From positions 106,270 to 170,269 of the forward strand of contig CALRDH010000002.1 in assembly GCA_943354835.1 (NCBI GenBank): a DNA stretch of 64,000 nucleotides, written 5' to 3'. Source of the DNA: a candidate division WWE3 bacterium (GTDB lineage: Bacteria > Patescibacteriota > WWE3 > 2-01-FULL-39-13). The translations under genes were made by a program, and so were the position numbers. The notes beneath the pieces are model-generated. The model was not told the origin of the DNA, did no database searches, and was given only the letters and a program-made list of their open reading frames with translations. Positions 27,193-37,060 of the stretch are shown here, piece after piece. Every line of letters starts with the position of its first letter. Position 1 is the stretch's first letter.

Positions 27193-29316
27193 TTAAGAAG
27201 TAAATACCAATGGCTGTTCAAACGGTAAAACAATTATATTTACTCTTACATGCTCGTTTTCTCTAAATAACACCACTTCTCCTATTCCCAAATGTCCAAG
27301 TTGCTGTTTTTCCTCATCAGTCATCGGGTAAATGGTTCCGATATCGCCAAGTGTTGCATACGACTGTTTTAGTAGGATTTTTGTTTCTGAGTTTGTAACA
27401 ATTGCCTTACCGTACTCATTATCTAAAAAGTCCTCAACATCTTGAGTAATAGAAACAACTCCAATATTTCGTTTTCTAGCTTGCTTTACAAGCTCTCTAA
27501 AAAATACCGCCACCTCAGGGTCAATTAATAGTTTGTGAGCCTCATCAATAAAAAGCATTCTCTTTTTGCCATTGTATTTGTTCACTAAATTCCAGATTAG
27601 TGAGGTTAAAAGATACATTGCAGGATCACGTTTCTCATCTTTTTTTAGATCGTGTAAATCAAGCACAATAATATCGTTATTAAGCTCAAGCTTTCGAGAC
27701 GAATTAAATACTCCGCGCAGACTACCAGTAGATAGAACACTTAAATCTTTTTGCATTGGGTGATCATTTAATAGCTCAAGTAAATTTTCAAATGTCGGGG
27801 TTCCTTGATCATAAAGTTTTATAAGTGCCTCATCTAAAAATGCACCGTCATAATGTACAGGGGGAATAAAGAACTTAAAAAAGGTCTTGAGTGTTGAAAT
27901 ATGATCAAGAATATCGTTTTCTTGCAGACTTGAAACATAAAAAGGATTAATGCCGTTTTCTCTTGAGAAAGAGATAACTTCTCCACCAAGTGCTTTTGCA
28001 ATATTGACATATTCGCCTTCTGGATCAATGACAATAATCTGCACACCTCGCATATACAGCCTATTCATAAGTATTTTTGCAGTCACACTTTTACCCGATC
28101 CAGATACTCCAAAAATATTTATATTATTGTTTCGTGATGTAAACGGATTAACGAACGCCAAGCTGTTGTTATAAGCGTTTACACCCATAAATATACCTTC
28201 TGGATCATTGAGTTGCTTTGAAACAAAAGGAAGTAAGTACGAAGCCGCAGTAGATTGCAAAATTCTATTTTCTTGTACATGATCAATATTAAATGGTAAA
28301 AAGTTTTTGAATGCCTGTTTTTGACCGTAGGTATATTGATTAAAAGTCATGTCCATTGTTCCAGTGATGTTTTGAAGTTGTTTATGAAGATCTGAAAGCT
28401 GTTTTGTATCTTTGGCTTCAAGTTGTAAATAAAGTGAGTATAAAACGCCTTTTTCAGCCTCATGCACTAACTCATCAATAAAGCTCATAACCTCTTCAAT
28501 ATTTTTATCAACCTGTTGATCTCGAAGTTTCCCTTGTTTTAACCTCTCATTTTGTTGCATCTCTAAAACAGACAATCTTTGTCGTGCTTTTTTCAAAAGT
28601 TCACTACTTGGAGATGGTTGAATAAAAATACTTATGGTAAATGGCAACGCGGAGCTTAAAAGCCTAAAAAATACATAGGGACTTAAATAAGCTGGAATAT
28701 CGGCAAGATAGTAGTATCGTTTTAACTTTTCTCCTACTTGAACATGGCTATCATGTTCTTGAATATACTCACTCTTGTATATTTTATGACCATTTCGTTC
28801 GACCTTTAGACCATTTGCATCATTTTCAATGTTCAGGTGTACTTCGGCTTTCCGAGAAGTTTCCAAAGCTTTGTAGTATAGTTTCAAGTCTTTCCTATAC
28901 TTAAAGTAATTGCGGACAAACCAAATTGGATTTTTTGTTTTTACAATTGATGGTTTATGAACAAGTGGCAACTGATTATGAATAAACGGAGTTTGCTCAA
29001 TAAGTTCTTGTTGTTTTTCAATAACACTCATCAAGCGTTTTATCTCATCTCGTAGGGCTAGTTTTAGTTTGCTATCATTTATTTTAGGTTCTCCATTAAA
29101 AAAACTTTCTTCAATTTCTGAAATACCTTTGCTTTTTGTTTTATAAATAGCATATTGTCGTTTTAGCTTTTTAAGCTCTTCATCTTGTTTTTCTTTCTCA
29201 TACGAAAGGTGCTCCAAGCGATTTTGAAGTCTTTGACTTAAATTAAAGACACGAATATCGTTATATGTATTCTTTATTTTGTTTTTAATGGTTATAGGTA
29301 TAGCTTTTATTTTCAT
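27193..29316 (-). CDS. VirB4-family type IV secretion ATPase
   Basis: Walker A GVSGSGKSVTAK, Walker B RMLFIDEAHKLL, C-terminal VSITQD; 707 aa. Confidence 0.85.
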   Translation of the reverse strand: MKIKAIPITIKNKIKNTYNDIRVFNLSQRLQNRLEHLSYEKEKQDEELKKLKRQYAIYKTKSKGISEIEESFFNGEPKINDSKLKLALRDEIKRLMSVIEKQQELIEQTPFIHNQLPLVHKPSIVKTKNPIWFVRNYFKYRKDLKLYYKALETSRKAEVHLNIENDANGLKVERNGHKIYKSEYIQEHDSHVQVGEKLKRYYYLADIPAYLSPYVFFRLLSSALPFTISIFIQPSPSSELLKKARQRLSVLEMQQNERLKQGKLRDQQVDKNIEEVMSFIDELVHEAEKGVLYSLYLQLEAKDTKQLSDLHKQLQNITGTMDMTFNQYTYGQKQAFKNFLPFNIDHVQENRILQSTAASYLLPFVSKQLNDPEGIFMGVNAYNNSLAFVNPFTSRNNNINIFGVSGSGKSVTAKILMNRLYMRGVQIIVIDPEGEYVNIAKALGGEVISFSRENGINPFYVSSLQENDILDHISTLKTFFKFFIPPVHYDGAFLDEALIKLYDQGTPTFENLLELLNDHPMQKDLSVLSTGSLRGVFNSSRKLELNNDIIVLDLHDLKKDEKRDPAMYLLTSLIWNLVNKYNGKKRMLFIDEAHKLLIDPEVAVFFRELVKQARKRNIGVVSITQDVEDFLDNEYGKAIVTNSETKILLKQSYATLGDIGTIYPMTDEEKQQLGHLGIGEVVLFRENEHVRVNIIVLPFEQPLVFTS

Positions 29317-30122
29317 CGTAGTGTTTGTTTTGCAAAACTTATTAACTCGTCAACCTCCAAAGCGCGTACTTGTATGTTGCAAGCAAAAAGAGCAGAAGAA
29401 AAACGCATAGTCATGTCATGTAACTTTTTCATACTCGCCAGCTTTTCATTGGGTTTTGTCGGGTTACAAGATACCGTAAAAACGGCATAATGCTTTGTTG
29501 CTGTAAAGTTACTTTCATTTATCATATCGGTTAAGTTTTCAATGTACTGTGCAATCAAAGGCTCGCGTTTAGTATTTGATTTTGCATAGAGCGAAAAGAA
29601 ATGTTTTGAGTAGTCTTGTGTTTTAGCCTGTTCTTTTTTCACAATAAACTGCACTTGATCTGGCAAAACATGAAGCATTTGTTTTAACTTTAAAAAGAAG
29701 TGTTCTCGATCTTGATCATTTAAAAGTGATATATCAAAAGGCTCAACTTCTAAAAGTTGAATAATGCTATTTTTACGAATAACCAAGTTGTCTTGAATAG
29801 TAAAATCAACAAAGTATGGTTCTAGTTCTTTTTGTCTAAATGTTTTCTTGCCCTTTTTAAACATAATTGCTCTTGGAAAAATTTTATAAATTGGTTGATT
29901 ATCAATTCTTTGAGTTATAAATCCTACAAAAGCTATCTCAAGTACAATAAGTGAAGCCAAGTACATATTCCAATTAAATGCATGAAATACATATGTAAGC
30001 AAAAAGTACAAACTTCCTGCAATAAACACCCCTCCAACTAAAAAGATGGTGCTGTCTGTAAAAAACAGACTTCTTAAAATGTGTTGACGAATATCGTCTT
30101 TATATATTCTTACGTTTTTCAT
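29313..30122 (-). CDS. Small T4SS-associated membrane protein (hypothetical)
   Basis: Two TM helices; translationally coupled (4-nt overlap) to VirB4; start trimmed to MKNVRIY. Confidence 0.4.
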   Translation of the reverse strand: MKNVRIYKDDIRQHILRSLFFTDSTIFLVGGVFIAGSLYFLLTYVFHAFNWNMYLASLIVLEIAFVGFITQRIDNQPIYKIFPRAIMFKKGKKTFRQKELEPYFVDFTIQDNLVIRKNSIIQLLEVEPFDISLLNDQDREHFFLKLKQMLHVLPDQVQFIVKKEQAKTQDYSKHFFSLYAKSNTKREPLIAQYIENLTDMINESNFTATKHYAVFTVSCNPTKPNEKLASMKKLHDMTMRFSSALFACNIQVRALEVDELISFAKQTLR

Positions 30123-31863
30123 TTTTGTTATATGAATACATTCGAATGATAGAATCGGCCGTTTCTTTTCCATGTCGTTCGATAATTACTCCTTTAATTC
30201 CAAGCGCACTATTTCTTTTTTGCGAAACATCTAAAAAGTTTCTAACCTTTTCAGGAGGGCTTGATTTTGTAACATAGGCATAGCTAATTGCTTTGCCTTG
30301 TTTTTGTGATTCTTGCATAGCGTTGTAATGATGAGGGTTTGGATTTTTCTTGCTAAAGGTTGAAAGATCAATAAAGCGATCTTCTTCCAGTTGAACTGTT
30401 TCAAGTTTATCCTCTGATACACCATCTTGAACGGCTTCCATTCGCGTTGGATAGTACGAGGTAAGACCTGTTTGTTTGTCTTCATGTTTGTATGCTTCAC
30501 CACTAATTGCAACTATCCCTTGTTTTGCATTTTCGGTTTGTATATTTAGTCCTTTCCCTTCGAGATCTTTTGAGAATCTTGTTTTTTGACTACTTGGTGT
30601 GACTTCACTTACTGTATGGCTTGAGGTTTCATTTGAGTATGTATTCTTGTTTGTTGATCCACCCCCACCGTAAAATTCGTTTTCTTTAGAATCCGATCTA
30701 TTTTTTAGTATTTGGTCTCGAACAAAGTGTCCTGCAACTGTGCCTAAGCTTCCACCGATCAAACCTCTTTGAAAATCTTTGACCTGAGATTGTACTGGTC
30801 CAGTTACTGCTCTTGTAGCCATTGCAGCCTGCATATTTGTGGCAAACGATCCCCAAGTGTCACCAAATATTCTTCCAACAAGCATGTTTACTCCACCTAA
30901 AAAGAATAAAAAGCCGGTGTAAAAAAAGAGCATTCCAACTGTTGGCCCTTTTGAACTTAAAATACTGCTAAAGATATCATTGGCAATTGCAAAACCAAGT
31001 ACAAATGCTGGTTGCTGAATTAAAAAGGTAAACCATGTTTTAAAAAAGGTGTTTACTATTCCTTGAGTTCTCTCAGACAAAGCAAATGGAATAATGATTG
31101 GATACAATACTCCTAAAAATACGAGTGATGCAAACCGAATAACAAACTGAAAACCAATATATACAAATCCTCCGAGTAAAAATAGAAATGTAAGGACAAA
31201 TAAAAATGTTTGTACAATAAATTTGCCAAATGACTTGAGCACTCCGCCATTCATCGAAACATCGTAGCTTGGAATACCATATTGCTCTGATTCATTACCT
31301 GCCTGAATTTTTTCTTCTGATGAATCAAGATAATCATTTAAAAACCCAGTAAATTGTTGAGTTGTTGTGATTTTATCTACCAATAAGTTATTAAACTGAA
31401 TACTGTACGATAAGATTGATGGGACGGTTAAAAACAAAACTACGGTAATAAGAAAACGAATTCCAAATGATTTTAGCTCTTGAAGGTTATCTGATCCTAT
31501 TTTTGAGACGGCTATTACTGCAATTGATATAGCAATAATAGGTATGGCAAGTTGGTTAAAAATATCTCGGTATTTTGTAACTCCAGGAATTTCTGTGTTG
31601 TCTTTTAGTTTTATAGTTTCTCCAAAAGGGTTTGGAGTATAAAAAATGAATCCTCCCATAAATGAGTCAAATCCAGCGATAAAATCTTGAAGTAAAGTAA
31701 TGATTGATGAAGGCTTGTCTTCAACCGTAAAGTTGTTTACCCATTGTACTTGTGGTGGAGGAGTTGGTGTTGGTGCGGGCTCTTGTGCAAAAGCGGGAGA
31801 AATATTAGCGAATGTGAGAATGCACAAAAAGATAATTAGTTTTAATGCTTTCATGCATATCAA
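30100..31863 (-). CDS. VirB6/TrbL-like polytopic T4SS membrane protein
   Basis: Signal peptide, Pro/Thr-rich linker, at least 6 TM helices, hydrophilic C-terminal extension. Confidence 0.5.
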   Translation of the reverse strand: MICMKALKLIIFLCILTFANISPAFAQEPAPTPTPPPQVQWVNNFTVEDKPSSIITLLQDFIAGFDSFMGGFIFYTPNPFGETIKLKDNTEIPGVTKYRDIFNQLAIPIIAISIAVIAVSKIGSDNLQELKSFGIRFLITVVLFLTVPSILSYSIQFNNLLVDKITTTQQFTGFLNDYLDSSEEKIQAGNESEQYGIPSYDVSMNGGVLKSFGKFIVQTFLFVLTFLFLLGGFVYIGFQFVIRFASLVFLGVLYPIIIPFALSERTQGIVNTFFKTWFTFLIQQPAFVLGFAIANDIFSSILSSKGPTVGMLFFYTGFLFFLGGVNMLVGRIFGDTWGSFATNMQAAMATRAVTGPVQSQVKDFQRGLIGGSLGTVAGHFVRDQILKNRSDSKENEFYGGGGSTNKNTYSNETSSHTVSEVTPSSQKTRFSKDLEGKGLNIQTENAKQGIVAISGEAYKHEDKQTGLTSYYPTRMEAVQDGVSEDKLETVQLEEDRFIDLSTFSKKNPNPHHYNAMQESQKQGKAISYAYVTKSSPPEKVRNFLDVSQKRNSALGIKGVIIERHGKETADSIIRMYSYNKNEKRKNI

Positions 31864-31865
31864 AG

Positions 31866-32150
31866 TTATACGGTTCCACCAACAAATTGCTTAATAATTC
31901 CAGCCAATGTTGCGGCACCAAATACAAGTAAACCACCGATTAGAATATTGATGATCCAACCTCTAAGTGTTGATTTACGCTCAGTATCATCTCCGCTCAT
32001 AACTAAAAAGATACCAAGTGTAGCAATGGCGATAGCCATAACAGGAAGAGAATACCATTGAAGAGTCTTGACTATACCCCATAGAAGACTGTCAAGGTTT
32101 GTGAACTGAATGGGTTGAGCTGCGTCATACCCCGGTATTCCGTTTGCCAT
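31866..32150 (-). CDS. VirB2/TrbC-like pilin subunit
   Basis: 94 aa with two hydrophobic helices in hairpin arrangement; first gene of the operon. Confidence 0.5.
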   Translation of the reverse strand: MANGIPGYDAAQPIQFTNLDSLLWGIVKTLQWYSLPVMAIAIATLGIFLVMSGDDTERKSTLRGWIINILIGGLLVFGAATLAGIIKQFVGGTV

Positions 32151-32366
32151 AATAGTTTATTTTTCTTTGGGGGCAGAACTTATAACAACACTATGAGATT
32201 AACAAGCGTAGTATAATTCTACATATAGTAAATGTCAACAATAAATGTTGATTTAATAACCTAATTCAAAATTCCGAAGGCAATATTGTGTTTAATCGTG
32301 ATTTATTGACTATAATAAGTTCAAGACACTGAGTAGAGTAAAAAGGTTATAATTACAAATAACGTT

Positions 32367-35042
32367 ATGAAATTTAAATTTGAATCTAATCTAAAATTTC
32401 AACTAGATGCTATATCATCTGTGACTGATTTATTTGTAGGTGCTCCATTTATCAAACCAGAGGAAGCTATCTTTTCTGAAGTCGCTAGTAATGTTTTAAG
32501 AATATCTCCAGAGGAAATATTTGCCAATCGTGACAAAGTTATAAAAAATAATGGTATTACGAACTCCTGTAAGGAAGATGTCTTAGATTTTTGTGTTGAG
32601 ATGGAAACAGGTACAGGGAAAACCTATGTATATCTAAGAACTATCCTCGAGCTTCACCAAAAGTATGGTCTTTCCAAATTTATTATCGTTGTGCCAAGCG
32701 TTGCGGTTAAAGAGGGAGTAATGAAAACCCTACAGATCACCAAAGATCACTTTGAGGAACTTTATAACTCTATCCCCTATAGTTACTTTGAGTATGACAG
32801 CAAGAAAATAAATAAAGTAAGAAGCTTTGTTTACTCTAATCACCTGCAAATCATGATAATGAATGTTCAAGCATTTAACGCTGATGACAGAATTATTAAT
32901 CAAGAAAGAGATTCAAATAATGGTGAAAAACTAATTGATTTAATAGAGAAAATCAGCCCTGTTTTGATACTAGATGAACCTCAAGTTGGCATGGATACAT
33001 CCAACACAAAAGATAGAAGAAGAAAACTTAACCCACTTTTTACCCTTCGTTATAGCGCTACTCATAAAGTAGTAAAGAATCTGATTCATAGGCTTAGTCC
33101 TTATGAAGCCTACAATCAAGGTTTGGTCAAAAAAATTGAAGTTTTTTCAATTCATGAGAGCAATACCCAAAGCAATGTTTATGTTGAATTTGAAGGTATT
33201 AAGTTGACCAGTGATAAGCCACAGGCAAAACTCAAGATTAGTTATAGGCTTGCTAGTGGGGATTTTAAGATAAAGTCTGGATATTTTAAAGATGGTGATG
33301 ATCTAGAAGAAAAAACTAAAAACCCTGTATATAAAGGGTGGGTTATCGAAAGAATACTCAAAGATCCTCTAAATGGTACGAGCACGATTAAATTTAGTAA
33401 TGGCATAAACTTAACACAGGGCGAATCGCACGGTATAGATAAAGAAAGTATCTTTAGAGAACAGATTCGCTGGACAATCAAAAAGCACTTCGATAAAAAG
33501 GATAAGTATAAAGATAAGAAAATTAAGGTTTTATCACTCTTTTTTATAGATAGAGTAGCTAATTATATAGAAGACAATTCATTAATAAGGGTCTTATTTG
33601 AGAAAGTTTACACTGAGGAGTATAAAAATAGATATAAAATTCTACCAGACAATATATCCAAGGTTCATGATGGGTATTTTGCAAAGACTTCACAAGGAGA
33701 CTATACCGATAGTGAACTATCAATGAGTAAAAACAGTGAAGCTTACCAAAAGATTCTAAAAGATAAAGAAAGACTACTTTCTTTTGAAGAACCGCTTGAA
33801 TTTATTTTCTCTCACTCAGCCTTGGGTGTTGGTTGGGACAACCCCAATGTTTTTAATATCTGTACTCTGAATGAAACTGAGAGTTTAATCAAAAAACGAC
33901 AGGAAATAGGGAGAGGCTTACGTTTAAGTGTTACTCAAGATGGTGTTCGATACAGAGACTCGCTAGATGTTGAAGAAGGCAAGGAAATCAACCTGCTAAC
34001 GGTAGTAGCAAACCAAAGCTATTATGCCTTTACTCAGTCTTATCAAGAAGAATTGATAGCAGAATATGGCTTTGGTGAAAAAAAACCAGATATTAGAAAT
34101 GCTAGACATGAACCAAAGCAAATTAGACTTAATAAAAATGCTATTACAAGCAATGATTTTCAAAACCTTTGGAAAAAAATATCTCAAAAAACCAGATGTA
34201 AGGTTTTCTTTAGGGAAGATTCAATTATTGAGAAATGTATTGAAAGTTTAAACACAATTGTTGTCCCAGAAGTTGTCATATCAATTAACTTAAATAGAAT
34301 TACGGGAATTTTAGAACAAGAAGAAGACATGATTCAAAGCAAGAATGTGGGCCAAACAGAAGCAGAAACCAAAGCCAAGTTTGCTCCTATGAATCTCTTT
34401 GAAGAAATTGCAAAAAATACAGCCTTGAGTGTAGCTACTGCTACTAAGATTTTAGAAGGCGTTCATAACAAGCAAATGATCATAAGAAACCCAGTCGTTT
34501 ATCTTACAGAAGCGATTAAACGTATTAAAAGAGTTTTAAATGATGAAATGGTTAGATTAGTTAGATATGAAGCTTTAAATGAGAGTTACTCACTTAAAGA
34601 ATTTGAAGATGTAGTTACAACTTATCAGCAAAGTAACATCATCGAAGTTAATAAGAGCATTTATGATCATGTGATTTGTGACAGCGATATTGAGAGAAAC
34701 TTTGCCTTAGATATAGATGAAGAAAACAAAGTTAGAATGTTTGTAAAACTACCACATTGGTATACTGTACCAACTCCTATTGGAAATTATAACCCAGACT
34801 TTGCTTTGGTACTAGAAAAAAAGAATTTAGATGATGGGGGTAAGTCCAATTTTTACTTTGTAATTGAAACCAAAGGATCAAGAGAATGGGAATCCTTAAA
34901 GGAAGATGAGAAAATGAAGATAGACTGTGCTATCAAGCATTTTGAAGCTATTGGCTTAAAGGAGTATTTAGCTCCAATCGAGAGTATGAGTACTTTTAAG
35001 TCAAAGGCAAATGAAGTTACTGGCGAAAATGTGTTTAGTTAA
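32367..35042 (+). CDS. res: Type III restriction enzyme Res subunit (SF2 helicase-nuclease)
   Basis: Helicase motif I METGTGKTYV, motif II LILDEPQ; N-terminus characteristic of Type III Res. Confidence 0.85.
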   Translation: MKFKFESNLKFQLDAISSVTDLFVGAPFIKPEEAIFSEVASNVLRISPEEIFANRDKVIKNNGITNSCKEDVLDFCVEMETGTGKTYVYLRTILELHQKYGLSKFIIVVPSVAVKEGVMKTLQITKDHFEELYNSIPYSYFEYDSKKINKVRSFVYSNHLQIMIMNVQAFNADDRIINQERDSNNGEKLIDLIEKISPVLILDEPQVGMDTSNTKDRRRKLNPLFTLRYSATHKVVKNLIHRLSPYEAYNQGLVKKIEVFSIHESNTQSNVYVEFEGIKLTSDKPQAKLKISYRLASGDFKIKSGYFKDGDDLEEKTKNPVYKGWVIERILKDPLNGTSTIKFSNGINLTQGESHGIDKESIFREQIRWTIKKHFDKKDKYKDKKIKVLSLFFIDRVANYIEDNSLIRVLFEKVYTEEYKNRYKILPDNISKVHDGYFAKTSQGDYTDSELSMSKNSEAYQKILKDKERLLSFEEPLEFIFSHSALGVGWDNPNVFNICTLNETESLIKKRQEIGRGLRLSVTQDGVRYRDSLDVEEGKEINLLTVVANQSYYAFTQSYQEELIAEYGFGEKKPDIRNARHEPKQIRLNKNAITSNDFQNLWKKISQKTRCKVFFREDSIIEKCIESLNTIVVPEVVISINLNRITGILEQEEDMIQSKNVGQTEAETKAKFAPMNLFEEIAKNTALSVATATKILEGVHNKQMIIRNPVVYLTEAIKRIKRVLNDEMVRLVRYEALNESYSLKEFEDVVTTYQQSNIIEVNKSIYDHVICDSDIERNFALDIDEENKVRMFVKLPHWYTVPTPIGNYNPDFALVLEKKNLDDGGKSNFYFVIETKGSREWESLKEDEKMKIDCAIKHFEAIGLKEYLAPIESMSTFKSKANEVTGENVFS

Positions 35043-35081
35043 ATTTTTTTTGAGAGTATTATAAAAAGAACAGTTAAGAAT

Positions 35082-37034
35082 ATGAAAAATATTACAACAA
35101 ATATTACAAATAAGATTGACAAACAGTCACCTGATCTTCGTCAAGAAATGTTGGATAAGTTAAAAAAGCTATACCCCCCTCTTTTTGATAACGAAGGCAT
35201 GTTAAATCAAGATGAGCTAGAGCAATTAGTAAGTGACTTTTCTACTCCCCAAACAGAGAAATATGAGTTTAACTGGGCTGGTAAACAGCAATCCAAGAAA
35301 AAAGCCTTTACTGCAAGTAAAGCAACTCTTAGAAGCGATGAAAAACGCAGTGTGGATTTTAATAATACAGATAATCTTATTATTGAAGGTGATAACTTAG
35401 AAGTCCTCAAGCTTTTACAAAAATCCTACTTTGGCAAGATTAAATGCATATACATTGACCCCCCCTACAATACCGGAAACGACTTTATTTACCCTGATGA
35501 CTATAGCGAAGACAAACAAGCTTATTGGGAAAAATCAGGAGTTAAGCAAGACGGAGTTAAATTAGATACTAATACTGATTCAAGTGGTCGTTATCATAGC
35601 AAGTGGCTCTCAATGATGTATCCAAGACTTCTTTTGGCTCGCAATTTGCTCAAAGAAGACGGAGCAATATTTGTAAGTATTGACGATAATGAAGCTCACA
35701 ATCTTAGAAAACTGATGGATGAGGTGTTTGGGGAAGAAAATTTTATCACTCAAGTGGTGGTGCAAACTAACCCAAGAGGAAGGTCTTTGGATAGACATTT
35801 TGCTAAGACCTTAGAGTATGTAATAGTGTATGGCAAAAATGCGGATACAAACACTTCAATTTTTGAAATTCAAAAGGGAGAAAAGGCTTTAGCCCAATAT
35901 AATAAAGGTGATAGTCAAGGACAGTATAGATTGCTTGAGCTAAGAAATAGAAACCCTGTTTTTACAAGAAAGAATAGACCTAATTTGTTTTACCCTATCT
36001 TTATCAATAAAGATACTGGCGAAGTTTCCTTGGAAAAAGACGAAGTATTTTCGACTGAAGCACTACCTCTTAATTCTAAAATGGAGGAGGGTTGTTGGAC
36101 TTGGGGTAAGAAAAAGTTTGAGAAAAATAAAAAAGACTTGATTGGGAACCTTGCCTCAACTGGTGTTTGGAGAATATTTCGAAAAGACTATATCCCTAGT
36201 GATGGTGCAACAACAAAAGAGAAAACATTGTGGATTGATTCATCCCTTAATCACGAAAACGGCAAAGAGGAAATGGCCGACTTATTCAATACAAGTGGTA
36301 GTAGTATACCTTTTGACTTTCCTAAATCCGTTGAATATTTAAAAAAAATAATAAATGTATCAACACAGTGGGGTGTGAACGATGTTTGTTTAGACTTTTT
36401 TGCTGGCTCAGGTACTACGGCTCATGCAGTGATGGATTTGAATAAAGAAGATGGAGGTAATAGGAAATTTATCTTGATTCAAATTCCAGAATCTACCGAT
36501 GAAAAGAGTGAAGCCTACAAAGCCGGATACAAAACCATTTCTGAAATTTGTATTGAGCGAGTTAAGCGCGCAAGTAAAAAAATTATAGATGGGGGAAATA
36601 AGATTGATGCTGGATTCAAAGTATTTAAGCTTGCTTCTAGCCATTTTCCAGAAAATACTTTTGCCCCTAATCCAGAAAAAAATGATGAAGAAAATAAAAA
36701 AGCCTTAGTGGCATATATTAGTAAGGCTATTTCTCAAAAGGGTTTGTTTAAAGATGGAGTTGTTGATTTAATTTATGAGATTGCTCTGAAAGATGGATTT
36801 GAGCTAACGCTCAAGATGTATAAGGTAAAGGAATTTGATGAAAATGTGGTTTATAAAGTCACAGACAGTCATAAAGAAGCCCTTATTTGCGTGGATGATA
36901 GTTTGGAAGATGCCACTATCAAACAACTTGAACGCCACAAAGACCAAAGATTTATTTGTTTACATACAAGCCTAAACACTACAAAAAAGTGGAATTTACA
37001 AAATATTCTTGGAAGTAATTTATGGTTGGTGTAA
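35082..37034 (+). CDS. mod: Type III N6-adenine DNA methyltransferase Mod subunit (beta class)
   Basis: Motif IV DPPY before motif I FFAGSGTTAHAV. Confidence 0.9.
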   Translation: MKNITTNITNKIDKQSPDLRQEMLDKLKKLYPPLFDNEGMLNQDELEQLVSDFSTPQTEKYEFNWAGKQQSKKKAFTASKATLRSDEKRSVDFNNTDNLIIEGDNLEVLKLLQKSYFGKIKCIYIDPPYNTGNDFIYPDDYSEDKQAYWEKSGVKQDGVKLDTNTDSSGRYHSKWLSMMYPRLLLARNLLKEDGAIFVSIDDNEAHNLRKLMDEVFGEENFITQVVVQTNPRGRSLDRHFAKTLEYVIVYGKNADTNTSIFEIQKGEKALAQYNKGDSQGQYRLLELRNRNPVFTRKNRPNLFYPIFINKDTGEVSLEKDEVFSTEALPLNSKMEEGCWTWGKKKFEKNKKDLIGNLASTGVWRIFRKDYIPSDGATTKEKTLWIDSSLNHENGKEEMADLFNTSGSSIPFDFPKSVEYLKKIINVSTQWGVNDVCLDFFAGSGTTAHAVMDLNKEDGGNRKFILIQIPESTDEKSEAYKAGYKTISEICIERVKRASKKIIDGGNKIDAGFKVFKLASSHFPENTFAPNPEKNDEENKKALVAYISKAISQKGLFKDGVVDLIYEIALKDGFELTLKMYKVKEFDENVVYKVTDSHKEALICVDDSLEDATIKQLERHKDQRFICLHTSLNTTKKWNLQNILGSNLWLV

Positions 37035-37060
37035 ATAAATAATGCATATATCTAAGCTGT